DNA of 64,000 nucleotides from an uncultured Acidobacteriota bacterium (GTDB taxonomy: Bacteria; Acidobacteriota; Thermoanaerobaculia; UBA5066; DATFVB01), in the NCBI GenBank assembly GCA_963813155.1, contig CAWEYG010000003.1, forward strand, positions 128,001-192,000. Reading direction: 5' to 3'. Below are positions 52,163 to 60,158 of the stretch, one piece after another; position 1 is the first letter of the stretch; each line of letters begins with the position of its first letter. The position numbers and the translations under genes were made by a program. The notes under the pieces are model-generated. The model made no database searches, was not told the origin of the DNA, and was given only the letters and a program-made list of their open reading frames with translations.

Positions 52163-52263
52163 CCCTAACGCCCAAATCGTCACGGTCGAGGTTGTCGCGG
52201 AGCCGGACCAACCCCCCATGTGAGCTGAACCCGAAGCCCGGATGGGTAACGCGCGAGTTAGGT
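52163..52263 (-). repeat. Possible long attC-like site (101 bp)
   Basis: Minus strand ACCTAAC (contains the upstream ORF stop) ... GTTAGGG. Confidence 0.5.
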
Positions 52264-52785
52264 CTCCTCTTGCAGCGCCTTCAAGGTTTCGTCGGCTTCC
52301 AGGATTGCGGCGCGCGCAGTTTCGGCGATTACGCCTTCCCTGCCTCCGCCGTATGAACCCGATGAAAGGGAAGTCGCCAAGCTGCCAAGACCCGTGACCG
52401 ACTGATAGAACTTCATGAAGGGGGTAGTCGCGTCGGGAACAAGGCTGAGAGGTCGGCTGTCAATCCGGAAGTCTGCCAATTTTGCCGTGAGCCTCAGCTG
52501 GTCCATGTCGCTCGGGTTTACTCGGAGGTTTTCGCATCGAGACCTGGCAACCAGAACCTCGGTTCTCAGAATTGCACGAGCGGCCCGAACCTCGGCGCTT
52601 CGTTGTTCGCGTTCCGGCTGACGGTCGCGCTCACGCTCGGCCTCGTTTTGCTGCCTGACAGCTCTGAGGGTATAGCGACCACCTACTACAGCGCCGACGA
52701 CTGCACCGACGAGGGCGCTCACGAATCCGATCGCGGCAGAGAGTAACTCGGGCACATTCGATCCGCTGATCTCAACGCTGGACAC
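52258..52785 (-). CDS. Hypothetical protein with N-terminal TM helix
   Basis: ALVGAVVGAVVGG then a coiled region; stop inside R''-like box. Confidence 0.7.
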   Translation of the reverse strand: MSSVEISGSNVPELLSAAIGFVSALVGAVVGAVVGGRYTLRAVRQQNEAERERDRQPEREQRSAEVRAARAILRTEVLVARSRCENLRVNPSDMDQLRLTAKLADFRIDSRPLSLVPDATTPFMKFYQSVTGLGSLATSLSSGSYGGGREGVIAETARAAILEADETLKALQEET

Positions 52786-52819
52786 TCAAGGATCCTATCT
52801 CTGACGGAACCGAGTTTCG

Positions 52820-52993
52820 CTACCTATCCATTGTCAGGCAGACCAGAACGGCCGCCACGAAAACGGCTACCCACCAACCCCACAAGTGAGCGGCGATTCC
52901 GCAAGCAATCAAACCGACGCAGACCCGGACGACCTCGATGGCACACCCGGTAGAGTCGAATCCCTCGCGGTCCATGCGATTCGGCGCCCTCAT
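52820..52993 (-). CDS. 57-aa membrane microprotein
   Basis: MRAPNRMDREG..LWGWWVAVFVAAVLVCLTMDR; ATGA overlap with upstream ORF. Confidence 0.55.
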   Translation of the reverse strand: MRAPNRMDREGFDSTGCAIEVVRVCVGLIACGIAAHLWGWWVAVFVAAVLVCLTMDR

Positions 52994-53133
52994 TCCTCTT
53001 CGGGAAGCTTACCTCTGTCGCAATCAGAGCAAAACGCCGGACCTTCGCCGGGCTTGAGTGGCTGGTGACACAGGTCACAATTCCGCGGCGTCGCCGGGTT
53101 CGTCATCGGAGCGTTCGGGTCGCGATCGTTCAT
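52990..53133 (-). CDS. 47-aa zinc-finger microprotein
   Basis: GGGAG RBS; CDLC..FCSDC. Confidence 0.55.
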   Translation of the reverse strand: MNDRDPNAPMTNPATPRNCDLCHQPLKPGEGPAFCSDCDRGKLPEEE

Positions 53134-53240
53134 CCGCATTTCTCCCTTCGCAGAAAAGAATAATCCTACCTGACCGCCTCTCGCGCACGTTCCGTCTTCT
53201 CGCGGAAGCGAGAGTAAAGAGTACCCGTTTCATTGGCCCG

Positions 53241-53756
53241 TCAGGGTTTCAGCTTGTACTCGGCGGCCATCGGGCCGGCGCCGGCCTGGTACTTTCGGGC
53301 GCGGGCGAGTTCGGCGATCTGGCGGATGTGGCCGAGGTCGTGGAGCGCCCATTCATTCAACATCTGCGCGAGGGTGATCTCGCCGTACTCCTGGTGCAGG
53401 GCGAGGCGATCTCCCGCGCCGGCGGGGAGGTTGCGGAGAAACGCGATGTTGTCCTCGCGCTGCTCCTCGAACTGATCGAAGGCATCTTCGGGGTCGGCGT
53501 CGCGATAGAGGTCGAGATACATCTGAGCGTCGTCGGGCTCGAACTCGGGACGCGTCTCCGCCAGGAAACGGTCGAGGCGCATGCGGTAGCAGTGGCCTTC
53601 GGAGTGCGAGAGGTGGGCCAGCACCTCGGCGACCGAGAAGCGTTCGGGCGCAGGCTTCCAGCGGGCGTCCGCCTCGGTCAGTTCCGTCATCAGTCCGCGG
53701 AGAATTCCCGGGGTGGCCTCCAGCAGATCGAGACAGGGCAGCCCGCTTTCCGTCAT
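53241..53756 (-). CDS. DinB family protein
   Basis: WKPAPERFSVAEVLAHL..HDLGHIRQI. Confidence 0.9.
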   Translation of the reverse strand: MTESGLPCLDLLEATPGILRGLMTELTEADARWKPAPERFSVAEVLAHLSHSEGHCYRMRLDRFLAETRPEFEPDDAQMYLDLYRDADPEDAFDQFEEQREDNIAFLRNLPAGAGDRLALHQEYGEITLAQMLNEWALHDLGHIRQIAELARARKYQAGAGPMAAEYKLKP

Positions 53757-53846
53757 GGGCTCATCGTACTTCCGAAGGCGCGGGAATCGGGCGAGGGGCC
53801 GCCGTTGCCGACTGCCGACGACTCCGATAAAATCCGGCTTCGCTGA

Positions 53847-53921
53847 GCGGGCATAGTTCAGCGGTAGAACGTCAGCTTCCCAAGCTGAATGTCGTCGGTT
53901 CGATCCCGATTGCCCGCTCCA
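53847..53921 (+). tRNA. tRNA-Gly (CCC)
   Basis: GCGGGCA/TGCCCGC acceptor stem, TCAGC-TTCCCAA-GCTGA anticodon arm, GTTCGATCC T-arm, encoded CCA. Confidence 0.97.
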
Positions 53922-53958
53922 CTACTTCACCCAGGCGGGCACAGGAATCGTGAATAAC

Positions 53959-53990
53959 GGCGGGGGAGTACGATCCCCCGCCTTTCTTTT
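53959..53990 (+). terminator. Intrinsic terminator after the tRNA
   Basis: GGCGGGGGA-GTACGA-TCCCCCGCC-TTTCTTTT. Confidence 0.7.
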
Positions 53991-54164
53991 CGTCTTTGCC
54001 ACCCGTGCTCACCCTCGCCACGAATTTCCTCCGGTGGACGGGAAAAACAGCCACAAAAACAGCCACAGCCACACCAAGCCAAGAAATAGTTTCGATTGCC
54101 CACAGCTACCGTGCCCCAGCGGCTCTGGTGGCCGTGTCCGCCTCGAGCCAAGTTGTCCATGCCC
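53970..54164 (+). repeat. Conserved non-coding element, copy 2
   Basis: Contains AAAAACAGCCAC twice plus AGCCAC; homologous to 48923-49106. Confidence 0.88.
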
Positions 54165-54263
54165 GCCGCCCCCATCGTCCTGATCGTGAAGGTGGAAACT
54201 AGGCTTTTCCGAAGATTCGTGCGGTGAAGCAGGCGCTATTCAGCCCGATTTCGGGCGGTTCCC

Positions 54264-55934
54264 CTATCGGTGAAGGCGGAAATTCACGGTTACGGTCAAG
54301 TACACGGCGACCGGATTCCCGTTGAGCTCAGCTGGTCGGTAGGTCCACTGGGAAATCGCGTTCATCGCCGCGGCATCCAAAGCGAGTGCGGAGCTTTTGA
54401 TGATGTGCAAGTCTTTGACGCACCCCACCCTGCTGATGACCGCCTCAATGATCGTAATGCCCTCCAGATGCGCCTGCCGTGCGCCAATCGGATAATCCGG
54501 CTCGACCCGTCCGGAAATCGTCGGTGGTTTGATTCCTCCCCGTATCCTCACCGTTTCGCCCCTTGACGTGATTGGCCGCGATTCCTCGTCGCACGAAAAG
54601 AATCCGCTCTGCAACGAGGTTTCGATGGTCAACGGATCGTCGATCGTGGTCGGTTCGTTCGCTGGGGCAAGGGACAACAAATATAGGCTCTTGAATGCGT
54701 CGAAGCAGGCGACCTTGATCGGGTCACCGACGAGCATCGTGATCGTGGCCGGTCGCCCATCGGGCCGGTATCCGACCTTAGCAAGCCCTGCGACATCGCA
54801 GGAAGCCACTTTGCGGAGATCTATCCCCAGGCCATGCGGCAAGTCTTGCGCCATCCACATTTTCGGCTGGGTGAGAAACGCCGGTTCGGTGCTTGCGTGT
54901 GGCTTGGAAGGTTCTTTCATGTGCTCGAGGAGGCTTGATTGCAGCTCCGGCGGCGCATTCTTCACATTTCGCTCGTCGATCGCGGAACGCTCGCCTTCGG
55001 TCAGATACCGTCGAAGAGGGCTCAAGTCGAGGTCGCTGTCGAGGTGACAGTGTTCATTGGTGCGAAGGCAGGCGATCCAATCCTTGTTCTCGACGGCAGG
55101 CTGGCCGAGAACCCGGCGCAGTAGTTCCTGACCGAACGCCACTTCCGGGTCGGCCGAGGCATCGTGCGTGGAAGTCTCCGCGTTCTTGAGGATCGCGAGG
55201 AGCTGGCTCCCATCGGGGGGAGGTTGGTCGCAATACTCTCTCGCCAGATACCAGGCGGTCTCGCTGCGGAGGGCGGGAGCCTCGGAGCCGAGCGCGGTCC
55301 TCACCACGGGCGAAGATGCAAGCGCGGGGTCATGTCGAGCGTCGGACAGGATCGCCCTCCACGAAGTGAGATCGTTGCGACCAAGGGCCATCGAGGCGGC
55401 CCCGAGAAGGCTGTCCTGTCCTCGAGTGGCGATGCGGAAAAAGGCCGCGCGATCTCCATCCAGGAGGTGCAATTTGTCGAGCTTGTCGAAATACATCGGC
55501 AACGCCGCGAGCCCCCGCGCACGGGCAAGCGCGAGCACGAGGTCGGCGTCTATGGCGCCGCCGAATCGCGAAGCCGCCTCGAGAACGAAAGAATCCTTGT
55601 TTCCAGGCCCAACGAGGATGATCGCCCGGATCTCTTCACGGGCGGCGGTGACGGCTGTTTCTTTCGCGAGTGCGGATTCCACGTCTGGAATGAGAGCGGA
55701 AACACCGCACGTCGTAACGGCTCGCGCCGCAACGCCGCGCACGTCGGGATTGGAATCTGCAAGCGCCGCCCTCCAGCGAGCAACTACCTGGGGGTCCTTG
55801 GAGTAAGGAGCCAGGAGCGCGATCGAGGCTGGCGAAACGGGCTTCCTCAGCAGAGATGACAGCCCGTCGGCAAAGGCGACCGGGGCGAGGCTCAACGAGC
55901 AAAGGAATAGAGCTCCGAGAATGGATGGCGCCAA
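54264..55934 (-). CDS. TonB C-terminal domain protein with HEAT-like N-terminus
   Basis: VEPDYP..ARQAHLEG..AAMNAISQWTYRPA..GNPV; TTG start inside the attC R' box (the ORF track extends it to 56018). Confidence 0.85.
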   Translation of the reverse strand: MAPSILGALFLCSLSLAPVAFADGLSSLLRKPVSPASIALLAPYSKDPQVVARWRAALADSNPDVRGVAARAVTTCGVSALIPDVESALAKETAVTAAREEIRAIILVGPGNKDSFVLEAASRFGGAIDADLVLALARARGLAALPMYFDKLDKLHLLDGDRAAFFRIATRGQDSLLGAASMALGRNDLTSWRAILSDARHDPALASSPVVRTALGSEAPALRSETAWYLAREYCDQPPPDGSQLLAILKNAETSTHDASADPEVAFGQELLRRVLGQPAVENKDWIACLRTNEHCHLDSDLDLSPLRRYLTEGERSAIDERNVKNAPPELQSSLLEHMKEPSKPHASTEPAFLTQPKMWMAQDLPHGLGIDLRKVASCDVAGLAKVGYRPDGRPATITMLVGDPIKVACFDAFKSLYLLSLAPANEPTTIDDPLTIETSLQSGFFSCDEESRPITSRGETVRIRGGIKPPTISGRVEPDYPIGARQAHLEGITIIEAVISRVGCVKDLHIIKSSALALDAAAMNAISQWTYRPAELNGNPVAVYLTVTVNFRLHR

Positions 55935-55992
55935 CGACCCGGCTTCAGCGGCAAGGCCGCAGGCCGAAGTCCGCTGCAAGCCGATGATGGGT
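55929..55992 (-). repeat. attC-like site
   Basis: Minus strand ACCCATCATCGGCTTGCAGCGGACTTCGGCCTGCGGCCTTGCCGCTGAAGCCGGGTCGTTGGCG. Confidence 0.85.
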
Positions 55993-56002
55993 GCGAAGCT
56001 TG

Positions 56003-56371
56003 TCATAGGTGCTTCCACTCTTCGACGACTACTTGGAACGGGTCTTCATAAAGGACTTCCCCCGGGTTCTTTGACCGCAGAAGTCTCACGGGAACACCAT
56101 GATCTTTGAGGAGTGATGTGAGTTCCCAGAGCCTCCGGATCGGCTCTCCCGCTCCATCCTTGAGCCATGCCACCGCCTCTTTCGTCCAGCCGCTGCTCTT
56201 GAAAGGCGGGCAAGGAAGGTTTGCGTCGAGCCATTCGTATGTTTCTTCGAGACGATCGGCCTGATAACGGTCCAGCTCTCCACGGTCCCGAAGGAGGCGC
56301 GCCTCCGCGACGATGCCCGTGAGCCCCCAATGGTGCTCGTGGTCATGGCCGACTACAAACCGCACGAACAT
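56003..56371 (-). CDS. Cassette hypothetical protein
   Basis: ORF fills the space between two attC-like sites; PGEVLYEDPFQVV. Confidence 0.8.
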   Translation of the reverse strand: MFVRFVVGHDHEHHWGLTGIVAEARLLRDRGELDRYQADRLEETYEWLDANLPCPPFKSSGWTKEAVAWLKDGAGEPIRRLWELTSLLKDHGVPVRLLRSKNPGEVLYEDPFQVVVEEWKHL

Positions 56372-56377
56372 CTTTGA

Positions 56378-56437
56378 GCACCGGACGCGGCGTCAGCGGT
56401 GGCGCGAAGCGACATCCGCTGGACGCCAGTGTCGAGC
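56378..56437 (-). repeat. Degenerate attC-like site
   Basis: GGCGTCAGCGGTGGCGC..GACATCCGCTGGACGCC palindrome. Confidence 0.7.
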
Positions 56438-56440
56438 GAC

Positions 56441-56812
56441 TCAGCCCGATGGTGCTGCAAGATATATCCTCACAGTTCGGCCGTTAGCGAATGTTATGGT
56501 GAAGCCATTCTCGATCTCGCACGAGCATTCCGTAGCGTATCGCCACTCGTTCGTCCCGGTACCATTTTCTGGCGGACCGAGATTCTCAAGAACTTCCATC
56601 CTGGTGGACCCGAGGTGGAGAGCGCCCCAGTTGCCGAACCCTTCGCGCGGGTTGAAGTAGGCCCTAATAGCCTTTTTCTGCTCCCTTGGCGAAAGCTCTG
56701 GATCTACGCCGGTAGAAAGGGTGAGATCCCCAACGACGTTGTCCGTGTAGCACTTTGCGTGAAGCTTAGAGGCCCGTTGCCAGCCGATGTTAACCGTTCT
56801 CACGGTTGACAC
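56441..56812 (-). CDS. Cassette hypothetical protein (BamE/SmpA-like motif)
   Basis: LGSTRMEVLENLGPP..WRY. Confidence 0.6.
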   Translation of the reverse strand: MSTVRTVNIGWQRASKLHAKCYTDNVVGDLTLSTGVDPELSPREQKKAIRAYFNPREGFGNWGALHLGSTRMEVLENLGPPENGTGTNEWRYATECSCEIENGFTITFANGRTVRIYLAAPSG

Positions 56813-57200
56813 CTTTCGAAAGCAACGAGAAGGTTATGGCGGCAAAGACTCCAGCCAGCAGAGCTCGGCCGGCCGCCTCGCCGACCTTTCCCGGCCAAGG
56901 TGCACCGCTGTAGTGAACGTCAGTCAGAAAGAACACTCCGGTTATTACCGCCAAGCCGATGACCCATGCGAGACGAGGCGGACGGCGGATCAGGAACGCG
57001 ATGCCGCCCCCCGTGATTGAACCGGCAACAATCCACTGCAGGGCGAATAAAGTTGGAAACGCCCAGGGCTCGCGGCGCACCAGACTGCTCCCCAGAGCGA
57101 CGCTGACAACCCCGACGGCGAGACCTGATAGCCAGAATGCGACGTAAGCGATTCCAACGACCGCGGCAGCATCGGCAATATTCTGGCGATCGTCAATCAT
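56790..57200 (-). CDS. Cassette membrane protein
   Basis: Four TM segments; ATG 9 bp after attC R'. Confidence 0.75.
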   Translation of the reverse strand: MIDDRQNIADAAAVVGIAYVAFWLSGLAVGVVSVALGSSLVRREPWAFPTLFALQWIVAGSITGGGIAFLIRRPPRLAWVIGLAVITGVFFLTDVHYSGAPWPGKVGEAAGRALLAGVFAAITFSLLSKGVNRENG

Positions 57201-57208
57201 TTTGAGCC

Positions 57209-57273
57209 ACCCAACGCCCCGCCCCCAGCGGCAAGGCTGCAGGCCGAAGTCCGCTGCACGCCGATGGTCGGGT
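57209..57273 (-). repeat. attC-like site
   Basis: Minus strand ACCCGAC..GCAGCGGACTTCGGCCTGC..GTTGGGT with complementary ends. Confidence 0.85.
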
Positions 57274-57281
57274 GGCGTGGG

Positions 57282-57536
57282 TTAGCTTTCGTCATCGCGC
57301 GCCTTGAGGTCTCTGATGCCACCCTTGACATTCCACACCCATACCGCAAGGAGAATGGGGATACCGATGGCTAGGAAGAGTCCCCCTGTCACATTGGCTC
57401 CCGTGCGGAGGGCTTTCACCACGCCCGAGAGTACTAAGAGCCAGACTCCGGAAAATACGAGGAAGAAGAAAACCGAACCTATCACCCGCGCCCTCGCCAA
57501 TCGTCGCCGAGTGTGGACCGGCCAACCCTTGATCAT
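57282..57536 (-). CDS. Cassette small 2-TM protein
   Basis: Hydrophobic ORF between attC-like sites. Confidence 0.7.
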   Translation of the reverse strand: MIKGWPVHTRRRLARARVIGSVFFFLVFSGVWLLVLSGVVKALRTGANVTGGLFLAIGIPILLAVWVWNVKGGIRDLKARDDES

Positions 57537-57874
57537 GCGCTCACCGCTGCCCGACACCCGAACGACCCGGCTTCAGCGGCAAGGCCGCGGGGCGCCTGCC
57601 ATGCCGAGGCCTCAACCCCAAAGTCGGCCCGAGCCTGTTCAAGCGCATCCTCGAGCGAAGAATGCCACGAGTCGTTCATGGAGGTTCCATCTTCTCTTGA
57701 CCACTCCAAGATGAAACCGCCGTCTTCCTGAAGAATCCTCAGGTTCAGGCGGTCTACCTGAGATGGAGTGGCTGGAGGGGCCGCTGCATTAGGCGGTAGC
57801 CAACCATGAGCCTGCGCGCCGCCAGAGCGAACCACGCAGCCGAGAGCTTCCTTGATGAGAATGCTGTTACCCAC
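57533..57874 (-). CDS. Cassette hypothetical protein reading through a half attC (57557-57589)
   Basis: DSWHSSLEDALEQARADFGV; the GLAAEAGS tail is attC-encoded. Confidence 0.7.
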   Translation of the reverse strand: MGNSILIKEALGCVVRSGGAQAHGWLPPNAAAPPATPSQVDRLNLRILQEDGGFILEWSREDGTSMNDSWHSSLEDALEQARADFGVEASAWQAPRGLAAEAGSFGCRAAVSA

Positions 57875-57878
57875 GGCC

Positions 57879-57945
57879 CTCTAACGCCCCGGCTTCAGCG
57901 GCGGCCGGCCGCAGGCGCGACATCCGCTGCACGCCGATGTTAGAA
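57879..57945 (-). repeat. attC-like site (near-canonical)
   Basis: Minus strand TTCTAAC (contains the RDD stop) ... GTTAGAG. Confidence 0.9.
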
Positions 57946-58491
57946 AGCATTGGTTCCAAGCGGTTTCTCGACGACCACAACCGTACCCGCAATGAAGTCA
58001 TGCAGGGCGCGTTTCTTCCGGTTGCTGACCAAGACGATCGCTTCGGCGAGTACCCAGGCGAAGATGCTCCACCTGAAAAAATATAACGAATGTGGCTCTA
58101 ACTGCCGGAACTGCTTCGACCGTTCTCGCCAACTCAGCGCTGCAAAGGTGACGGCCGGCATTCGGGAATACGCCACGAGGCTCCGAAGGAACGACGCTAT
58201 CGATGGAAACACATCAACGCATAGGCGAATGCTCGCCTGAGTCCAGGTCGCTCGCGTTCCGTCAAGGGCAAGAACCTTGATACCCGCGACCGACTTGCCA
58301 ATCGTCTTTCCCCACCGTCCGACGAAATAGATCGGATAAGCCAACGCTGCGACCTCGAACACGATCAGCGCCGAGATGGTGGCTTCTTTCGAATGGGAGT
58401 ACGCAACGAAGAACACCACGTAGAGCGGAACGAACACAACGAAGTCGATGAGGTGGGCTGCGACCCGGCGCCAGAACCCGGCGTAGATCAT
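57940..58491 (-). CDS. RDD family protein
   Basis: YAGFWRRVAAHLID, GKTIGK, KKRALHDFIAGTVVV. Confidence 0.93.
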   Translation of the reverse strand: MIYAGFWRRVAAHLIDFVVFVPLYVVFFVAYSHSKEATISALIVFEVAALAYPIYFVGRWGKTIGKSVAGIKVLALDGTRATWTQASIRLCVDVFPSIASFLRSLVAYSRMPAVTFAALSWRERSKQFRQLEPHSLYFFRWSIFAWVLAEAIVLVSNRKKRALHDFIAGTVVVVEKPLGTNAF

Positions 58492-58514
58492 CGTCGCTCA
58501 CCCCGTTTGATGCT

Positions 58515-58576
58515 TCCGAACGACCCGGCTTCAGCGGCAAGGCCGCAGGCCGAAGTCCGCTGCAAACCGGGTCGCC
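58515..58576 (-). repeat. attC-like site
   Basis: About 45 bp identical to 55933-55979. Confidence 0.85.
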
Positions 58577-59269
58577 TCACGGCTTGGTTTTCTTCACGCA
58601 TAGGGTGTCCGCCTCAATCGGAGCGCACGGCCGAAGATCTGAATAGCAGCCCTCGGGCGCACGAAAGAAACAATCGATCACTCTCAGGTTGCTTGACGCT
58701 GGGCTTCTTTCGTTCGGATGCTGAAGCGCATAGACCTCGCCACTGGCCATGGCAACGGCAGTGAAAACCGTGTTGCCGTACCACTTCTCGTCTTCGGTCT
58801 TCTCGAATGAAGCGACCACTTTCATCTCGGCGGTCACCGCTCTCAAAGCCGCAGACGCATCGGCCGGCACAAGCGGAACGGCCTGGAGCGCGGAGTGTGC
58901 AGTTCTCACGAACTCATCGAGTCGCCTGAACTGCTGATGGTCGATCCGGTTCCTCACTCCCGTCCCGCCAGACGTGGCCGTATGGGTTGACGCGCATCCG
59001 GTGGCGAGAAAAGCCACAAAGATCGCACCGACCGTAAGAGGATGCGACATCCGCCGCACGCCGGTGTTAGCCCGCACGCCTTCCAGCTCCCTGCACTCCT
59101 GGACGATGAGGATAGCGACCGCTACCGCCAAGACCCACCAGACCGGATGAGGAAGGTCGAGGCGAGTCGCCGCCAAGAACATGGCGCAAGGTGCCGCGAT
59201 CAACAAGACAATTCTCAAGAACAGCTTTCCGGAACGCGATGTCTCGACGGGTTGCGACGATGCCATCAC
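58577..59269 (-). CDS. Apparent fusion of a 2-TM cassette ORF and a lipoprotein ORF (second start at 59050)
   Basis: Internal lipobox LATGC; half attC at 59045-59072. Confidence 0.65.
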   Translation of the reverse strand: MMASSQPVETSRSGKLFLRIVLLIAAPCAMFLAATRLDLPHPVWWVLAVAVAILIVQECRELEGVRANTGVRRMSHPLTVGAIFVAFLATGCASTHTATSGGTGVRNRIDHQQFRRLDEFVRTAHSALQAVPLVPADASAALRAVTAEMKVVASFEKTEDEKWYGNTVFTAVAMASGEVYALQHPNERSPASSNLRVIDCFFRAPEGCYSDLRPCAPIEADTLCVKKTKP

Positions 59270-59288
59270 ACCCTCCTCAACTTTTGCC

Positions 59289-59352
59289 GCCTAACGACCC
59301 GGCGTCAGCGGCGGCGAACCGCCGGAACGACGTTTGCTGCGAGATGCTAACC
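59289..59352 (-). repeat. First att-like site of the minus-strand array (perfect GTTAGGC, degenerate left arm)
   Basis: GCCTAACGACCCGGCGTCAGCGGC on the plus strand. Confidence 0.7.
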
Positions 59353-59441
59353 CGCTTACCGCCTGGCGGGAACCGTGTCGGCAGCCACAGGAAAAAGGTG
59401 CGGAGGTATCGATCTCATAGCTCGCCCCTTACAAGAACCGG

Positions 59442-59493
59442 CGTCAGCTTCCCAAGCTGAATGTCGTCGGTTCGATCCCGATTGCCCGCTCCA
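59442..59493 (+). repeat. attR-like duplication of the tRNA-Gly 3' 52 bp
   Basis: Identical to 53870-53921. Confidence 0.95.
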
Positions 59494-59510
59494 ATTTTTT
59501 CTCACCGGTG

Positions 59511-59622
59511 CCCCCTCACCCGGTCCTCGCTCGCCGCGCTCGCGAGTCCCACCCTCTCCCTCGAGGGCAGCCTTCGAATCGCTTGGTGAACGCGGGAGGG
59601 CAAGCGCAGCGCGGGAGAGGGG
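59511..59622. repeat. REP-like element of the CCCTCTCCC..GGGAGAGGG type
   Basis: CCCCTCACCC..CCCTCTCCC..GGGAGAGGGG. Confidence 0.55.
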
Positions 59623-59669
59623 GAACCTGGGTTGTCATTTCCGGCCCGGGGAACTAAACTCGGGATTCC

Positions 59670-60158
59670 ATGGCTTTGTTCGGGAACAAGGAAAAAGAAA
59701 GATCGTTGCCGCCGAGCCCTCCGCCCGCAGCCGCGCCCAGCGCGGGGCCGGCGAAGGCGGCGAGCAAGGCCTCGGGAGGATCTACCGTGATCGGAAGCCA
59801 GATCAAGCTGACGGGCGAAATTTCGGGCGATGAAGACGTCGAGATCCAGGGACGAGTCGAGGGGACCATCAGCCTCAAGAAGAACCTCGTCATCGCGACC
59901 GGGGGCTCGGTGGACGCGAAGATCCACGCGAAGAACGTCACGATCTCCGGAAAGGTCAAGGGCGATGTGACCGCCGACGAGCGGGTCGAGCTGCTCGCAT
60001 CGGGCTCGCTGGAAGGAAACGTTCGCGCGCCGAAGATCGTCATCTCGGAGGGCGCGCACTTCCGGGGCAGCGTCGACATGTCGGCCTCCCGGCCCGAAGC
60101 CGCGAAGATGAGCGAGCCGCCGAAGCCGCCCGTTCCCGGGCCGCTGCCCGGCCACTGA
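59670..60158 (+). CDS. Bactofilin (polymer-forming cytoskeletal protein)
   Basis: [40 protein letters not shown]. Confidence 0.92.
   Translation: MALFGNKEKERSLPPSPPPAAAPSAGPAKAASKASGGSTVIGSQIKLTGEISGDEDVEIQGRVEGTISLKKNLVIATGGSVDAKIHAKNVTISGKVKGDVTADERVELLASGSLEGNVRAPKIVISEGAHFRGSVDMSASRPEAAKMSEPPKPPVPGPLPGH

Larger units (their letters stand above)
53922..59493. mobile_element. Integrase-less islet at tRNA-Gly carrying an attC-like cassette array
   Basis: Exact 52-bp duplication of the tRNA 3' part (53870-53921 = 59442-59493); lower GC. Confidence 0.88.

Noticed and set aside
55929-59352. Repeat array as a CRISPR
   Set aside because: Repeats are ~60-bp degenerate palindromes separated by whole genes of 300-800 bp; no cas genes
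59442-59493. Second tRNA-Gly gene
   Set aside because: Lacks the 5' acceptor strand and D-arm; it is an att duplication
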